From NCBI GenBank assembly GCA_937892215.1, contig CALAVE010000041.1:7271-71270 (forward strand): 64,000 nt of DNA, written 5' to 3'. The stretch comes from an uncultured Porphyromonadaceae bacterium (lineage in GTDB: Bacteria; Bacteroidota; Bacteroidia; Bacteroidales; Muribaculaceae). The notes beneath the pieces are model-generated. The model did no database searches. It was not told the origin of the DNA and saw only the letters and a program-made list of their open reading frames with translations. A program made the position numbers and the translations under genes. This document shows positions 39,018 through 48,645 of the stretch, in pieces (the first letter of the stretch is position 1; each line of letters begins with the position of its first letter).

Positions 39018-40268
39018 ATGAATGTAGCCATAATAAATAGGAGCGATTCCACGGGAGGTGCTGCGGTGGTCAGTGCTAGGCTCACATCGGCCTTGATTCA
39101 GGCCGGAATCAACGCATCGATGCTTGTCACCGAACGGACCTCGGACAACGAGGCTGTGCATCCCATGGGCACCGCCCTCGGCAACCAGATGAATTTCCTG
39201 CTCGAAAGAGCCGAAATCTTTGCACGCAACGGGTTTTCCAAGCAAAATCTCTTCGCCATCGACACCGGCCGACGTGGCACAGATGTAACCACGTTGCCTC
39301 AGGTGCGACAGGCCGACGTGGTGGTGCTTAACTGGATTAACCAGGGCACGATGTCGCTCCACGGCGTTGAGCGGCTGGCACAGATGGGCAAACCAGTGGT
39401 GTGGATAATGCACGACATGTGGAACTGCACCGGTATTTGCCACCATGCCCACGAATGCAACCGATATACCGACATATGCCGTCACTGCCCGCTACTGAAA
39501 CGACCGAGCGACCATGACATTTCCACCACAGTGTGGCAACGCAAAAAGGCCCTCTACTCTGCCGCCGGCATCCACTTTGTGGCCGTAAGCAACTGGCTGG
39601 CCGAGTGCTGCCGCAAGAGTGCCCTCATGAAAGATGCCCGCATTAGCGTAATCCACAATGCGTTTCCCGTGGAGCAGTTCTCATGCCAGCCCGACGACAG
39701 TATGGGGCTCAACCTCCATGGAGACAAGCGCGTCATAGTGATGGGCGCACGCAGGCTCGACGAGCCCGTAAAAGGCTTCGACCACATGATTCGCGCGCTC
39801 CGTTTCCTGGCCGACAACAATCCCCAGCTCGCCTCAAGGCTGCATTTGGTTCTCTACGGTGACATCCGCGACCGCAACCTACTCCAGCGTATTCCCACTG
39901 AGCACACATGGCTCGGCCATGTAGCATCAACACAGGAACTGAACCGCATTTACCGAAACGCCCACATAGTACTCTCCACATCGCTCTACGAGAATCTGCC
40001 GGGCACGCTCATAGAAGGAGCCGCGAGCGGATGCGTTCCTGTTTCATACCTGCGCGGAGGGCAAGCCGACATCATCAGCCACATGCACAACGGATTTCTG
40101 GCCGAGTGGAATTGCGAAGAAAGTCTGGCCAAGGGCATCGAGTGGGCGGCTCAGTTGCCTATTAGCCGCCAGGCACTTCACGACGATATGGACCGCCGGT
40201 TCAATTCGCGGCTCATCGCAGAGCAATTCATTAATCTATTCAACGAACTTACAACAAAACATCAGTAA
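39018..40268 (+). CDS. Glycosyltransferase family 4 (WcaC-like)
   Basis: GGAAV, WIMHDMW..TG.CH, C..CP.L, VKG and ENLPGTLIE. Start at ATG 39018. Confidence 0.9.
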   Translation: MNVAIINRSDSTGGAAVVSARLTSALIQAGINASMLVTERTSDNEAVHPMGTALGNQMNFLLERAEIFARNGFSKQNLFAIDTGRRGTDVTTLPQVRQADVVVLNWINQGTMSLHGVERLAQMGKPVVWIMHDMWNCTGICHHAHECNRYTDICRHCPLLKRPSDHDISTTVWQRKKALYSAAGIHFVAVSNWLAECCRKSALMKDARISVIHNAFPVEQFSCQPDDSMGLNLHGDKRVIVMGARRLDEPVKGFDHMIRALRFLADNNPQLASRLHLVLYGDIRDRNLLQRIPTEHTWLGHVASTQELNRIYRNAHIVLSTSLYENLPGTLIEGAASGCVPVSYLRGGQADIISHMHNGFLAEWNCEESLAKGIEWAAQLPISRQALHDDMDRRFNSRLIAEQFINLFNELTTKHQ

Positions 40269-40276
40269 CATCCCCT

Positions 40277-41056
40277 ATGCAAACCGTAATTTTCACAAGC
40301 ACCATATTCGGCCCTATCAAGAGCCGCAGACTGGGCACCTCGCTCGGCGTAAACCTGATGCCTTCCGACGGCAAAATCTGCTCATTCAACTGCATCTACT
40401 GCGAAGCCGGTTTCAACGAGCAGGGTCCCGGGACAAGCGGAATCCCTAAAAGGGAATTCGTGAAGAAGAAACTTAAAGCCAAGTTGCAACTTATGCGCGA
40501 CAGTGGCGAGACGCTGGACAGCATCACCTTCTCGGGCAACGGAGAGCCCACGTTGCACCCCAATTTTCACGAAATCGTACACGACACCATCAACCTCCGT
40601 AATCAGTACTACCCCAATGCCAAGGTAACAGTGCTGAGCAATGCCACCATGGCAAGCCGACCCGCTGTTCGTGAGGCCCTGAAACTGGTTGATAACAACG
40701 TACTCAAACTCGACTCGGCCATCCCTCACACCATGCTTGCCATCAACAGGCCCGGCTCAGCCAACGTGCTCCCCGACGGCCTCATTGCCGACATTGCCGC
40801 ATTCGGTGGTAAATGCACAGTACAGACCATGCTCTTGCGCGGCGAATTCAACGGTGAGCACATCAACAACACCACCGATGCCGAGGTAGATGCGCTTATC
40901 GAAGCCTACAAGCAAATCCGGCCGCAAGAAATCATGCTCTACTCCATCGACCGCAAGACTCCTGCCGAGAACTTGCAGAAAATAGATCCTGACACGATGA
41001 AGCAGATTGCTGAACGCATCACCCAAGCAGGGTTCAACGTCCAGCTTACACTCTAA
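40277..41056 (+). CDS. Radical SAM protein
   Basis: FGPIKSRRLG, CSFNCIYC and FSGNGEPT. Confidence 0.9.
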   Translation: MQTVIFTSTIFGPIKSRRLGTSLGVNLMPSDGKICSFNCIYCEAGFNEQGPGTSGIPKREFVKKKLKAKLQLMRDSGETLDSITFSGNGEPTLHPNFHEIVHDTINLRNQYYPNAKVTVLSNATMASRPAVREALKLVDNNVLKLDSAIPHTMLAINRPGSANVLPDGLIADIAAFGGKCTVQTMLLRGEFNGEHINNTTDAEVDALIEAYKQIRPQEIMLYSIDRKTPAENLQKIDPDTMKQIAERITQAGFNVQLTL

Positions 41057-41227
41057 TCACATGCCACGGGCCACGGGTGTCAAAATTATTGTACAAAAAA
41101 TAAAAATTACACATTATTATAGCGACTTGTTGGATTTTTATCTAATTTTGCACCCGATTTACGACACCAAGGTCGTTTTGTTCCCCTAAAGCGACGTGTG
41201 TCAAAGACGTATTTTTAAATTAATGAT

Positions 41228-43582
41228 ATGCCACAAAATCTAGTTATAGTTGAGTCTCCGGCTAAAGCCAAGACAATTCAGAAATTTCTTGGAGACGACT
41301 TCAAGGTGATGTCGAGCAAAGGGCACATTCGTGACCTGCACAAGAAGGATTTCAGCATCGATGTGGAGCATGGTTTCATGCCCATATACGAAATTCCCGA
41401 AGAAAAGAAAAAAACAGTGGACGAGCTTCGCAAAGCAGCAAGCGGCGCAAAGACCGTTTGGCTCGCAAGTGATGAGGACCGTGAGGGAGAAGCCATAGCA
41501 TGGCATCTGCAAGAAGCGCTCAAGCTCAAGCCTGCCGCCACCAAGCGCATCGTGTTCCACGAAATCACCAAGCCGGCAATCCTCGCTGCCATTGAGTCAC
41601 CACGCGACATCGACCGCAACCTGGTGGATGCACAGCAGGCGCGGCGCGTTCTGGACCGCATCGTGGGATTTGAACTTTCTCCCGTACTGTGGAAAAAAAT
41701 CAAGCCGGCACTTTCAGCCGGACGCGTGCAGAGCGTGGCAGTAAGGCTTATTGCCGAGCGCGAGCGTGAAATAGAAAATTTCACCCCTGAAGCCTATTGG
41801 CGAGTAACAGCCGAAATAGATCTGGGCAACGGTGCTGTGTTCACCGCCGAACTCAACAGGCGTATGGCCACCAAGGAAGAAGCGCTCAATTTTCTGGAGT
41901 CGTGCAAAGGAGCCGCCATGGCAGTTAACAATGTCACAGTGAAGCCGGTGAAGAAGTCACCCACGCCGCCGTTCACCACATCCACCCTCCAGCAGGAAGC
42001 GTCGCGCAGGCTGGGATTCCCCGTGGCGCTGACAATGCGGCTGGCGCAGAGCCTCTACGAGGCAGGACACATCACCTACATGCGAACCGACTCGCTCAAT
42101 CTATCAAAACTGGCGCTCAACACCATAGCAAAAGAAATAAGCGGCAATCTGGGTGAGAACTATCTCCACATTCGCCAGTGGCACACTAAGAGCAAAGGCG
42201 CACAAGAGGCTCACGAAGCCATTCGCCCCACTTTCGTGGCCACTCGCAACGCAGGCGCCACAGCGCAGGAGAAGAAACTCTACGAACTTATATGGAAACG
42301 TGCAGTGGCTTCGCAGATGGCCGACGCCGAACTGGAGAGAACATCCGTTGAAATAAGTATCGCCGGGCGCACCGAGCACTTTGTCGTGACCGGCGAAGTG
42401 GTGAAATTCGACGGTTTCCTCAAGGTTTATGAATGGGGCAATGCCGACGACAGCCATAACGGCGACGAGAAGGCTGAAGGCGACTCCAAGCAACTCCCGC
42501 TCATTCACAAGGGCGACAGCGTTACGGCTCAAGAAATCACCGTCACCGAGCGGTTCAGCCAGCAGCCACCGCGCTATAACGAGGCCATGCTGGTGCGCAA
42601 ACTCGAGGAACTGGGCATAGGGCGTCCGTCAACCTACGCTCCCACCATTTCCACCATTCAGCAACGCGGCTACGTGGAGCGTGGCGAGAAAAAGGGCGAA
42701 AAACGCGCCTACGGACTGCTCACGCTCAAGAACGGCAAAATCACAGAGCGCTCCAAGTCAGAGACCACCGGTGCCGAAAAGGGGAAACTGATTCCCACCG
42801 ACATAGGTATGGTGGTCAACGATTTCCTCATGCAGTATTTCCCCACTATCATGGACTACAACTTCACTGCTAAGATTGAGGATGAGTTCGACGATATCGC
42901 TGACGGAAAAAGCAAGTGGAACGACGAAATAGCCAAGTTCTACAAGAATTTCCACCCAAGCATAGAGAAAGTGTCGTCGCTCAGGCTTGAGCACAAGGTG
43001 GGCGAGCGCATTCTGGGCAACGACCCCAAGACCGGACGCCCGGTTTCGGTTAAGATTGGCCGATACGGGCCGCTGGTGCAAATGGGCAGCACCGATGAAA
43101 AGGAGAAACCGCGCTTCGCATCGCTGCAGAAGGGGCAAAGTGTGGCCACTCTCACGCTGGAGGACGCCCTGAAACTGTTTGAGATGCCGCGCACTCTGGG
43201 TGAGAAAGACGGTAAAGAAGTGACTGTTGCCATAGGGCGCTTCGGTCCATACGTAAAGTATGACAGCACTTTCGCCTCCATACCGGCATCCGTGTCGCCT
43301 TACGACATCACCCTGAAAGATGCGCTGGACCTGGTGGAGAGCAAGAAAGCCGCCGAGACAAACAAGGTTATCAACTCGTGGTCACAAGAGCCGGATCTGC
43401 TAATTCTCAACGGGCGCTTTGGCCCATACATTTCTTACAAGAAGAAAAACTACAAGATTGCCAAGGGCACGGATGCCGCCAAACTGACTCTGGAGCAGGC
43501 CATGGCCATCGTGTCAGACGAGGCTAATGCCTCAAAGAAAGGCTTCCGCCGCACCCGCCGCACCTCCGGCGCTAAGAAATGA
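41228..43582 (+). CDS. topA: DNA topoisomerase I
   Basis: IVESPAKAK, DEDREGE, SAGRVQS, ITYMRTD, GIGRPSTY and three GR(Y/F)GP C-terminal repeats; TAATTTTG box at 41143-41150. Confidence 0.99.
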   Translation: MPQNLVIVESPAKAKTIQKFLGDDFKVMSSKGHIRDLHKKDFSIDVEHGFMPIYEIPEEKKKTVDELRKAASGAKTVWLASDEDREGEAIAWHLQEALKLKPAATKRIVFHEITKPAILAAIESPRDIDRNLVDAQQARRVLDRIVGFELSPVLWKKIKPALSAGRVQSVAVRLIAEREREIENFTPEAYWRVTAEIDLGNGAVFTAELNRRMATKEEALNFLESCKGAAMAVNNVTVKPVKKSPTPPFTTSTLQQEASRRLGFPVALTMRLAQSLYEAGHITYMRTDSLNLSKLALNTIAKEISGNLGENYLHIRQWHTKSKGAQEAHEAIRPTFVATRNAGATAQEKKLYELIWKRAVASQMADAELERTSVEISIAGRTEHFVVTGEVVKFDGFLKVYEWGNADDSHNGDEKAEGDSKQLPLIHKGDSVTAQEITVTERFSQQPPRYNEAMLVRKLEELGIGRPSTYAPTISTIQQRGYVERGEKKGEKRAYGLLTLKNGKITERSKSETTGAEKGKLIPTDIGMVVNDFLMQYFPTIMDYNFTAKIEDEFDDIADGKSKWNDEIAKFYKNFHPSIEKVSSLRLEHKVGERILGNDPKTGRPVSVKIGRYGPLVQMGSTDEKEKPRFASLQKGQSVATLTLEDALKLFEMPRTLGEKDGKEVTVAIGRFGPYVKYDSTFASIPASVSPYDITLKDALDLVESKKAAETNKVINSWSQEPDLLILNGRFGPYISYKKKNYKIAKGTDAAKLTLEQAMAIVSDEANASKKGFRRTRRTSGAKK

Positions 43583-43632
43583 CTACCGGAGCATTCACAC
43601 GTTAGCCTAAGTTGTTAATAACTTTATAGTTC

Positions 43633-43731
43633 AAATCTCGGTCTGCCGGATAGCAAATCGAGATTTTTTTATTACCTTTGTTACTGCTGTTTAAATTATT
43701 TTTGACTAAGTGCTATGAATGAAGCTATTCT
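43633..43731 (+). repeat. 99-bp direct repeat, left copy
   Basis: Identical to 45541-45639 except one base (43652 A vs 45560 G). Confidence 0.95.
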
Positions 43732-44017
43732 AAACAATGACAAGAAGAATCTACAATCTAAAAAAGAAATGATTGTAGAAATGGCTTGATGGTAAATGTG
43801 CTCTTATTCAGCAAATTACTAATAGAGAAAACGCTATGGCTCAATGGATATAATTGCATAGTTAGGACAAGGAAGAGAGTCTTTTGATTCAAATGTATCC
43901 ACAAAGAAACAATTATATCAAAAACAATAGAAACGACACTGAATTTGGAAAATTTTCCACAAAATAAGCATTATTTTGGAAGGTTTTACTAACTTTGCAC
44001 CCTAAAAGCAAAGATTT

Positions 44018-45487
44018 ATGGAAAAAAACGCCCTGCTGAACCACGAAATCGTGATGGCTTCTTCAGATAAGACAACCAACAACTTCATTTCGAAGATGAA
44101 GAAAGAAGGCCGTCTTGTCAAGATAGCTCCGAAGATATACACTACCAATCTCAACGATACCCCGGAGAATATCATCCGCCGCAACCTCTTTTTCATCCTC
44201 GGCGAGTTGTTTCCCGATGCCGTGATGAGCCACCGCAGTGCTTTCGAATGCCGTCCTACAAACGACGGACATATCTACCTTACATATAATTATACGAAGA
44301 AGGTATCTCTGCCTGGCGCCACAATTCATTTACTGGAAGGTCCGAAAGCCATCCCTTCCGACTATCCCTTCATGGGAGGACTACACATGTCGTGCAGCGC
44401 CAGGGCCTATCTTGAAAACCTTCAAACGGGTTATAGCCGCGATGGTGTATCGAAGTGTCTGCCACGAGACGTTATCGAAGAGAAACTGGACAAAGTCCTC
44501 CAGACCAACGGTGAGGACGAACTGAACAAGTTGCGCGATACAGCCCGCGAGATAGCTGGACAGCTTGACATGGCCGACGAGTTCAAGAAATTGGACTCCA
44601 TCATCGGTGCCATCCTTTCCACTAAACCCTCAAAGATTCTCACTTCCTCGGTTGCCGAAGCCCGTGCCTTGGGCGAACCGTTCGACAGTCATCGACTAAA
44701 GCTGTTCAGTATTCTGATGGCAGCACTCAACGAGCGTGAGTTTGAGAATCTGCCCGAACCAAACGAGACGGATGCCGCCTACAACAACTTCGCTTTCTTT
44801 GAGAGCTATTTCTCCAACTATATCGAGGGAACCGAGTTCGAGGTGGAGGATGCCCGGCGGATCATCGAGACGCGCACCCCGATACCAGCCCGCAATGCCG
44901 ACAGTCACGACGTGCTGGGTACCTATTACATCGTGTCCAACCGCAAGGAAATGGCCGTCACGCCAACCTCGCCCGACCATCTGCTAGACATTCTCCGGCA
45001 TCGTCATCGCGTGATGATGTCAGCCCGTCCAGAAGCCGGCCCCGGCATGTTCAAAACACAGAACAACCGTGCAGGAGAGAGCCATTTCGTCGATTTCCAG
45101 CAGGTGCGTGGCACGCTGAAAAAGGGCTTCGAGATCTATAGCGCCCTGCGTCACCCCTTTGCCCGAGCCCTTTTCATGCTCTTTATGGTCAGCGAGGTTC
45201 ACCCGTTCACTGATGGTAACGGACGCATTTCCCGCATCATGATGAATGCTGAACTGACAGCCGCAGGGCAGTCGAAGATTATTATTCCCACCGTGCTCCG
45301 CACTGATTACCTTGGTGCGTTGCGCCAGTTCACCCGAAAGGACAATCCCGAAAAACTGATCAATGCCATCCTGCGAGTCCGACAATTCAGCTACAACCTC
45401 CGTGGAGATAACTTTGAGCAAATGCGCGACTACATGGAACGTTGCAACGCATTCAAGGAAGATGATGAATATATACTTCGCTTTTAA
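44018..45487 (+). CDS. Fic-domain protein with N-terminal putative winged helix
   Basis: HPFTDGNGRISR active-site motif; SNYIEG inhibitory motif; own TAACTTTG box at 43990-43997. Confidence 0.93.
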   Translation: MEKNALLNHEIVMASSDKTTNNFISKMKKEGRLVKIAPKIYTTNLNDTPENIIRRNLFFILGELFPDAVMSHRSAFECRPTNDGHIYLTYNYTKKVSLPGATIHLLEGPKAIPSDYPFMGGLHMSCSARAYLENLQTGYSRDGVSKCLPRDVIEEKLDKVLQTNGEDELNKLRDTAREIAGQLDMADEFKKLDSIIGAILSTKPSKILTSSVAEARALGEPFDSHRLKLFSILMAALNEREFENLPEPNETDAAYNNFAFFESYFSNYIEGTEFEVEDARRIIETRTPIPARNADSHDVLGTYYIVSNRKEMAVTPTSPDHLLDILRHRHRVMMSARPEAGPGMFKTQNNRAGESHFVDFQQVRGTLKKGFEIYSALRHPFARALFMLFMVSEVHPFTDGNGRISRIMMNAELTAAGQSKIIIPTVLRTDYLGALRQFTRKDNPEKLINAILRVRQFSYNLRGDNFEQMRDYMERCNAFKEDDEYILRF

Positions 45488-45540
45488 CTAATAGAACAGA
45501 AATTCAAGAACGGCATTATGCACAGATAGAAATCCCATAA

Positions 45541-45639
45541 AAATCTCGGTCTGCCGGATGGCAAATCGAGATTTTTTTATTACCTTTGTTACTGCTGTTT
45601 AAATTATTTTTGACTAAGTGCTATGAATGAAGCTATTCT
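45541..45639 (+). repeat. 99-bp direct repeat, right copy (hairpin + promoter + start of next gene)
   Basis: AAATCTCG..CGAGATTT hairpin with T-run, TACCTTTG box, ATGAATGAAGCTATTCT. Confidence 0.95.
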
Positions 45640-48589
45640 CAGTCAGCTCTACTTAAAAGACACGGCCTTTCAGGACCTTATGCAGGAACGTATTCACAAC
45701 GTCCTGCTTGTGGCGTCAACTTACGACGCTTTCATTATGGAGGACGACGGACGCGTGGAAGAGCAGATTTTCTTTGAGTACGCTTCGCTTAACCTAAGTT
45801 CACCTCCGCGCGTTACGCGTGTGAGCAGTTACGACGAGGCTTTCGCCAACCTGGAGCAGAAGAACTTCGACCTGGTGATTGCCATGCCCGGGGTGGAAAT
45901 CAGCGCCACTTTCGATGCCGCCAAGAAATTTAAGCGCTTGTATCAAGGCATACCGTTTGTGGTGCTGACGCCTTTTTCCCGCGAAGTTTCACGCCGACTG
46001 GAAGGTGAGGACCTTAGCGCCGTGGACTATGTGTTCAGTTGGCTCGGAAACGTTGACCTGCTGGTGGCTATCATCAAACTGCTGGAAGACAAGATGAACG
46101 CCGCTAACGATGTGAAGAACGTGGGCATACAGATGATTCTGCTCGTGGAAGATTCCGTAAGGTTCTATTCTTCAGTGCTTCCCACCCTCTACAAGTTCAT
46201 TCTGCAGCAATCTAAGATTTTCTCCACCGAGGCACTCAACGCGCACGAAACCATGCTTCGCATGCGCGGACGGCCCAAAGTGATGCTCGCCCGTGACTAC
46301 GAAGAGGCACAGCGGCTCTACGATGAGTACGGCGAAAACATTTTGGGGGTAATCAGCGACATCTCCTTTATGCGCGATGGCAAGAAAGACCGATTCGCCG
46401 GACTGGAGTTCGCCCACTACCTCCACGAGAACGACCCACACCTACCCATCATCATGGAGTCGAGCGACTCGGCAAACAAAGTCTCCGCCGACCGCCTCAA
46501 ATGCTCCTTCATCGACAAGAATTCCAAGAAGTTCCCCGTGGACCTGGGACAAGCCATAATGGACAACTTCGGTTTCGGAGACTTCATTATTCGCGACCCT
46601 GAAACAGGGCATGAAATAATGAGAATACGCGACCTGAAGGATATGCAAAACCAGATTTTCAGCATACCGGACAAGTCGCTCCTGCATCACGCCCTGCGCA
46701 ACGACATCTCCCGATGGCTCTATTCGCGCGCGCTGTTCCCCATCGCACAGGTGGTGCGTATGCACCGTTTCCGCGACATCAGCGAAGTGCCGGCCGCACG
46801 ACAGCTTTTCTTCGACCTCATCGTGAAATACCGCAAGATGAAGAACCGCGGTGTGGTGGCCGAATTTAAGAAAGACCGTTTCGACCGCTACTCTAACTTC
46901 GCCAGAATAGGGCAAGGCTCGCTCGGCGGCAAAGGCCGCGGCATCGCCTTCATCGACTCCATAATAAAGAACAATCCCGTCTGCGACTACTTTCAGGGAG
47001 CCACCATACGCATTCCGCACACAGTGGTGCTATGCACCGACGTCTTCGACGTTTTCATGGAGCAGAACGGTCTTTACCCCAAGGCTCTAAGCGCGATTCC
47101 CGATGATGAGATTCTAAGCCTTTTCCTCCGGGCATCGCTCCCCGAGAGCGTCAGGGAAGACATCAGCGCAATCTACGACGTGATGGACGGCGCTATAGCC
47201 GTGCGCAGTTCCAGCCTGCTCGAAGACAGCCACTACCAGCCTTTTGCCGGTGTTTACGCCACTTATATGGTGCCGCATGGCAACGACAAAGCTGCCACCG
47301 TGGAAATGCTGGAGAACGCCGTTAAAGCCGTCTATGCGTCGGTATTCTATGCCGACAGCAAGTCCTACATGACCGCCACCAGCAATGTAATAGACCAGGA
47401 AAAGATGGCCGTAATTCTTCAGGAAGTGGTGGGAATGCAACACGGTGACTTCTTCTACCCGTCGATTTCGGGTGTGGGTCGCTCGCTCAACTACTACCCA
47501 CTGGGCAACGAACTGCCGGCCGACGGTGTGGCCGAAGTGGCCATAGGTCTTGGGAAATATATCGTTGACGGCGGCAAGGCTTTGCGCTTCTCCCCGCTCC
47601 ACCCCAAGAAGATTTTGCAGACCAGCACCATCGACCTTGCCCTGCGCGACACGCAGACTCGTTTTCTCGCCATCAAGTGCGGTGACAACAAGGCTCCACT
47701 TTCTTGCGACGACAACTTCAATCTCGCCACACTCAACGTTACGGATGCCGGCAGCCGGGGAGAGCTCACTCACCTGGTATCCACGTTCGACTATGAGAAC
47801 GAGCGGCTTCTGCCGTTGGACACCGGGCGCGGACGTAAAGTGGCCACTTTTGCCGGCGTGCTCGACCACAATGTGTTCCCGCTCGCCGATGCCATCCACT
47901 TCATGTTGTCCACCGGTGAGAACCAGATGGGAAGGCCGGTGGAAATTGAATTTGCCTGCAACCTCGCTCCAAACCTTCGGCCCGACGATGAGAACAAGGG
48001 TGACATTTACTGGCTTCAGATTCGTCCCATGGTGGACCGACGAGAAATGTCGGCCGACACCATCAGCGACTTCGCTCCCGACCAGCTGGTTCTCAGCAGC
48101 CACAACGCCTTGGGATTTGGAGTGTTCTCCGACATTCGCCACATCGTAATGGTACGGCCCGAATGTTTTTCCAGCGTGGATAACTGGGCTATTGCCGAGG
48201 AAATTGAGAAAATTAACCGCAACTTTTCGGAAATCGCTGAGAATTACATTCTTATCGGCGTCGGACGCTGGGGCTCTTCCGACCCCGCTCTGGGCATTCC
48301 GGTAAAATGGGCACACATTTCACAGGCGCAGTTGCTGGTGGAAATGGCACTCCCGGGCGGTAGCATCGAGCCGAGTCAGGGCACCCACTTCTTCCAGAAT
48401 CTCACTTCAATGGGCGTTGGTTACTTCGCTTCCGACACAAGGCAAGGCGACATTCTGGACACTGACTGGATTCGTCACAACGCTGAGAGTTCCACAAGCG
48501 GAAAGTTCGTGGATACTTTCCGATTTGCATCTCCACTCACAATTCGCATCAATGGGCTTAAAGCCCAGGGTGTGGTGACAAAACAATAA
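45623..48589 (+). CDS. Receiver-like + PEP-synthase/PPDK nucleotide-binding-domain protein
   Basis: ILLVEDS and ISDI receiver-like segments; LGGKG, AVRSSSLLED, FAGVY, MAVILQEVVG and GLG (PPDK_N ATP-grasp); SQGTHFFQN. Confidence 0.85.
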   Translation: MNEAILSQLYLKDTAFQDLMQERIHNVLLVASTYDAFIMEDDGRVEEQIFFEYASLNLSSPPRVTRVSSYDEAFANLEQKNFDLVIAMPGVEISATFDAAKKFKRLYQGIPFVVLTPFSREVSRRLEGEDLSAVDYVFSWLGNVDLLVAIIKLLEDKMNAANDVKNVGIQMILLVEDSVRFYSSVLPTLYKFILQQSKIFSTEALNAHETMLRMRGRPKVMLARDYEEAQRLYDEYGENILGVISDISFMRDGKKDRFAGLEFAHYLHENDPHLPIIMESSDSANKVSADRLKCSFIDKNSKKFPVDLGQAIMDNFGFGDFIIRDPETGHEIMRIRDLKDMQNQIFSIPDKSLLHHALRNDISRWLYSRALFPIAQVVRMHRFRDISEVPAARQLFFDLIVKYRKMKNRGVVAEFKKDRFDRYSNFARIGQGSLGGKGRGIAFIDSIIKNNPVCDYFQGATIRIPHTVVLCTDVFDVFMEQNGLYPKALSAIPDDEILSLFLRASLPESVREDISAIYDVMDGAIAVRSSSLLEDSHYQPFAGVYATYMVPHGNDKAATVEMLENAVKAVYASVFYADSKSYMTATSNVIDQEKMAVILQEVVGMQHGDFFYPSISGVGRSLNYYPLGNELPADGVAEVAIGLGKYIVDGGKALRFSPLHPKKILQTSTIDLALRDTQTRFLAIKCGDNKAPLSCDDNFNLATLNVTDAGSRGELTHLVSTFDYENERLLPLDTGRGRKVATFAGVLDHNVFPLADAIHFMLSTGENQMGRPVEIEFACNLAPNLRPDDENKGDIYWLQIRPMVDRREMSADTISDFAPDQLVLSSHNALGFGVFSDIRHIVMVRPECFSSVDNWAIAEEIEKINRNFSEIAENYILIGVGRWGSSDPALGIPVKWAHISQAQLLVEMALPGGSIEPSQGTHFFQNLTSMGVGYFASDTRQGDILDTDWIRHNAESSTSGKFVDTFRFASPLTIRINGLKAQGVVTKQ

Positions 48590-48645
48590 TAACGACTGAG
48601 TTACTCATTTATGTATAACTGATTATTTAACTTATCTTTCGCTTT

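Larger units (their letters stand above)
43633..45639. mobile_element. Direct-repeat-bounded ~1.9-kb insertion carrying a Fic gene (no integrase)
   Basis: A 99-bp direct repeat flanks an AT-rich spacer and the fic gene. Mobility is inferred. Confidence 0.6.

Noticed and set aside
43715..43789. 24-codon ORF MNEAILNNDKK..
   Set aside because: By-product of the duplicated gene start; no evidence of function
47114..48316. 400-aa - strand ORF
   Set aside because: Antisense shadow of the PPDK-domain gene
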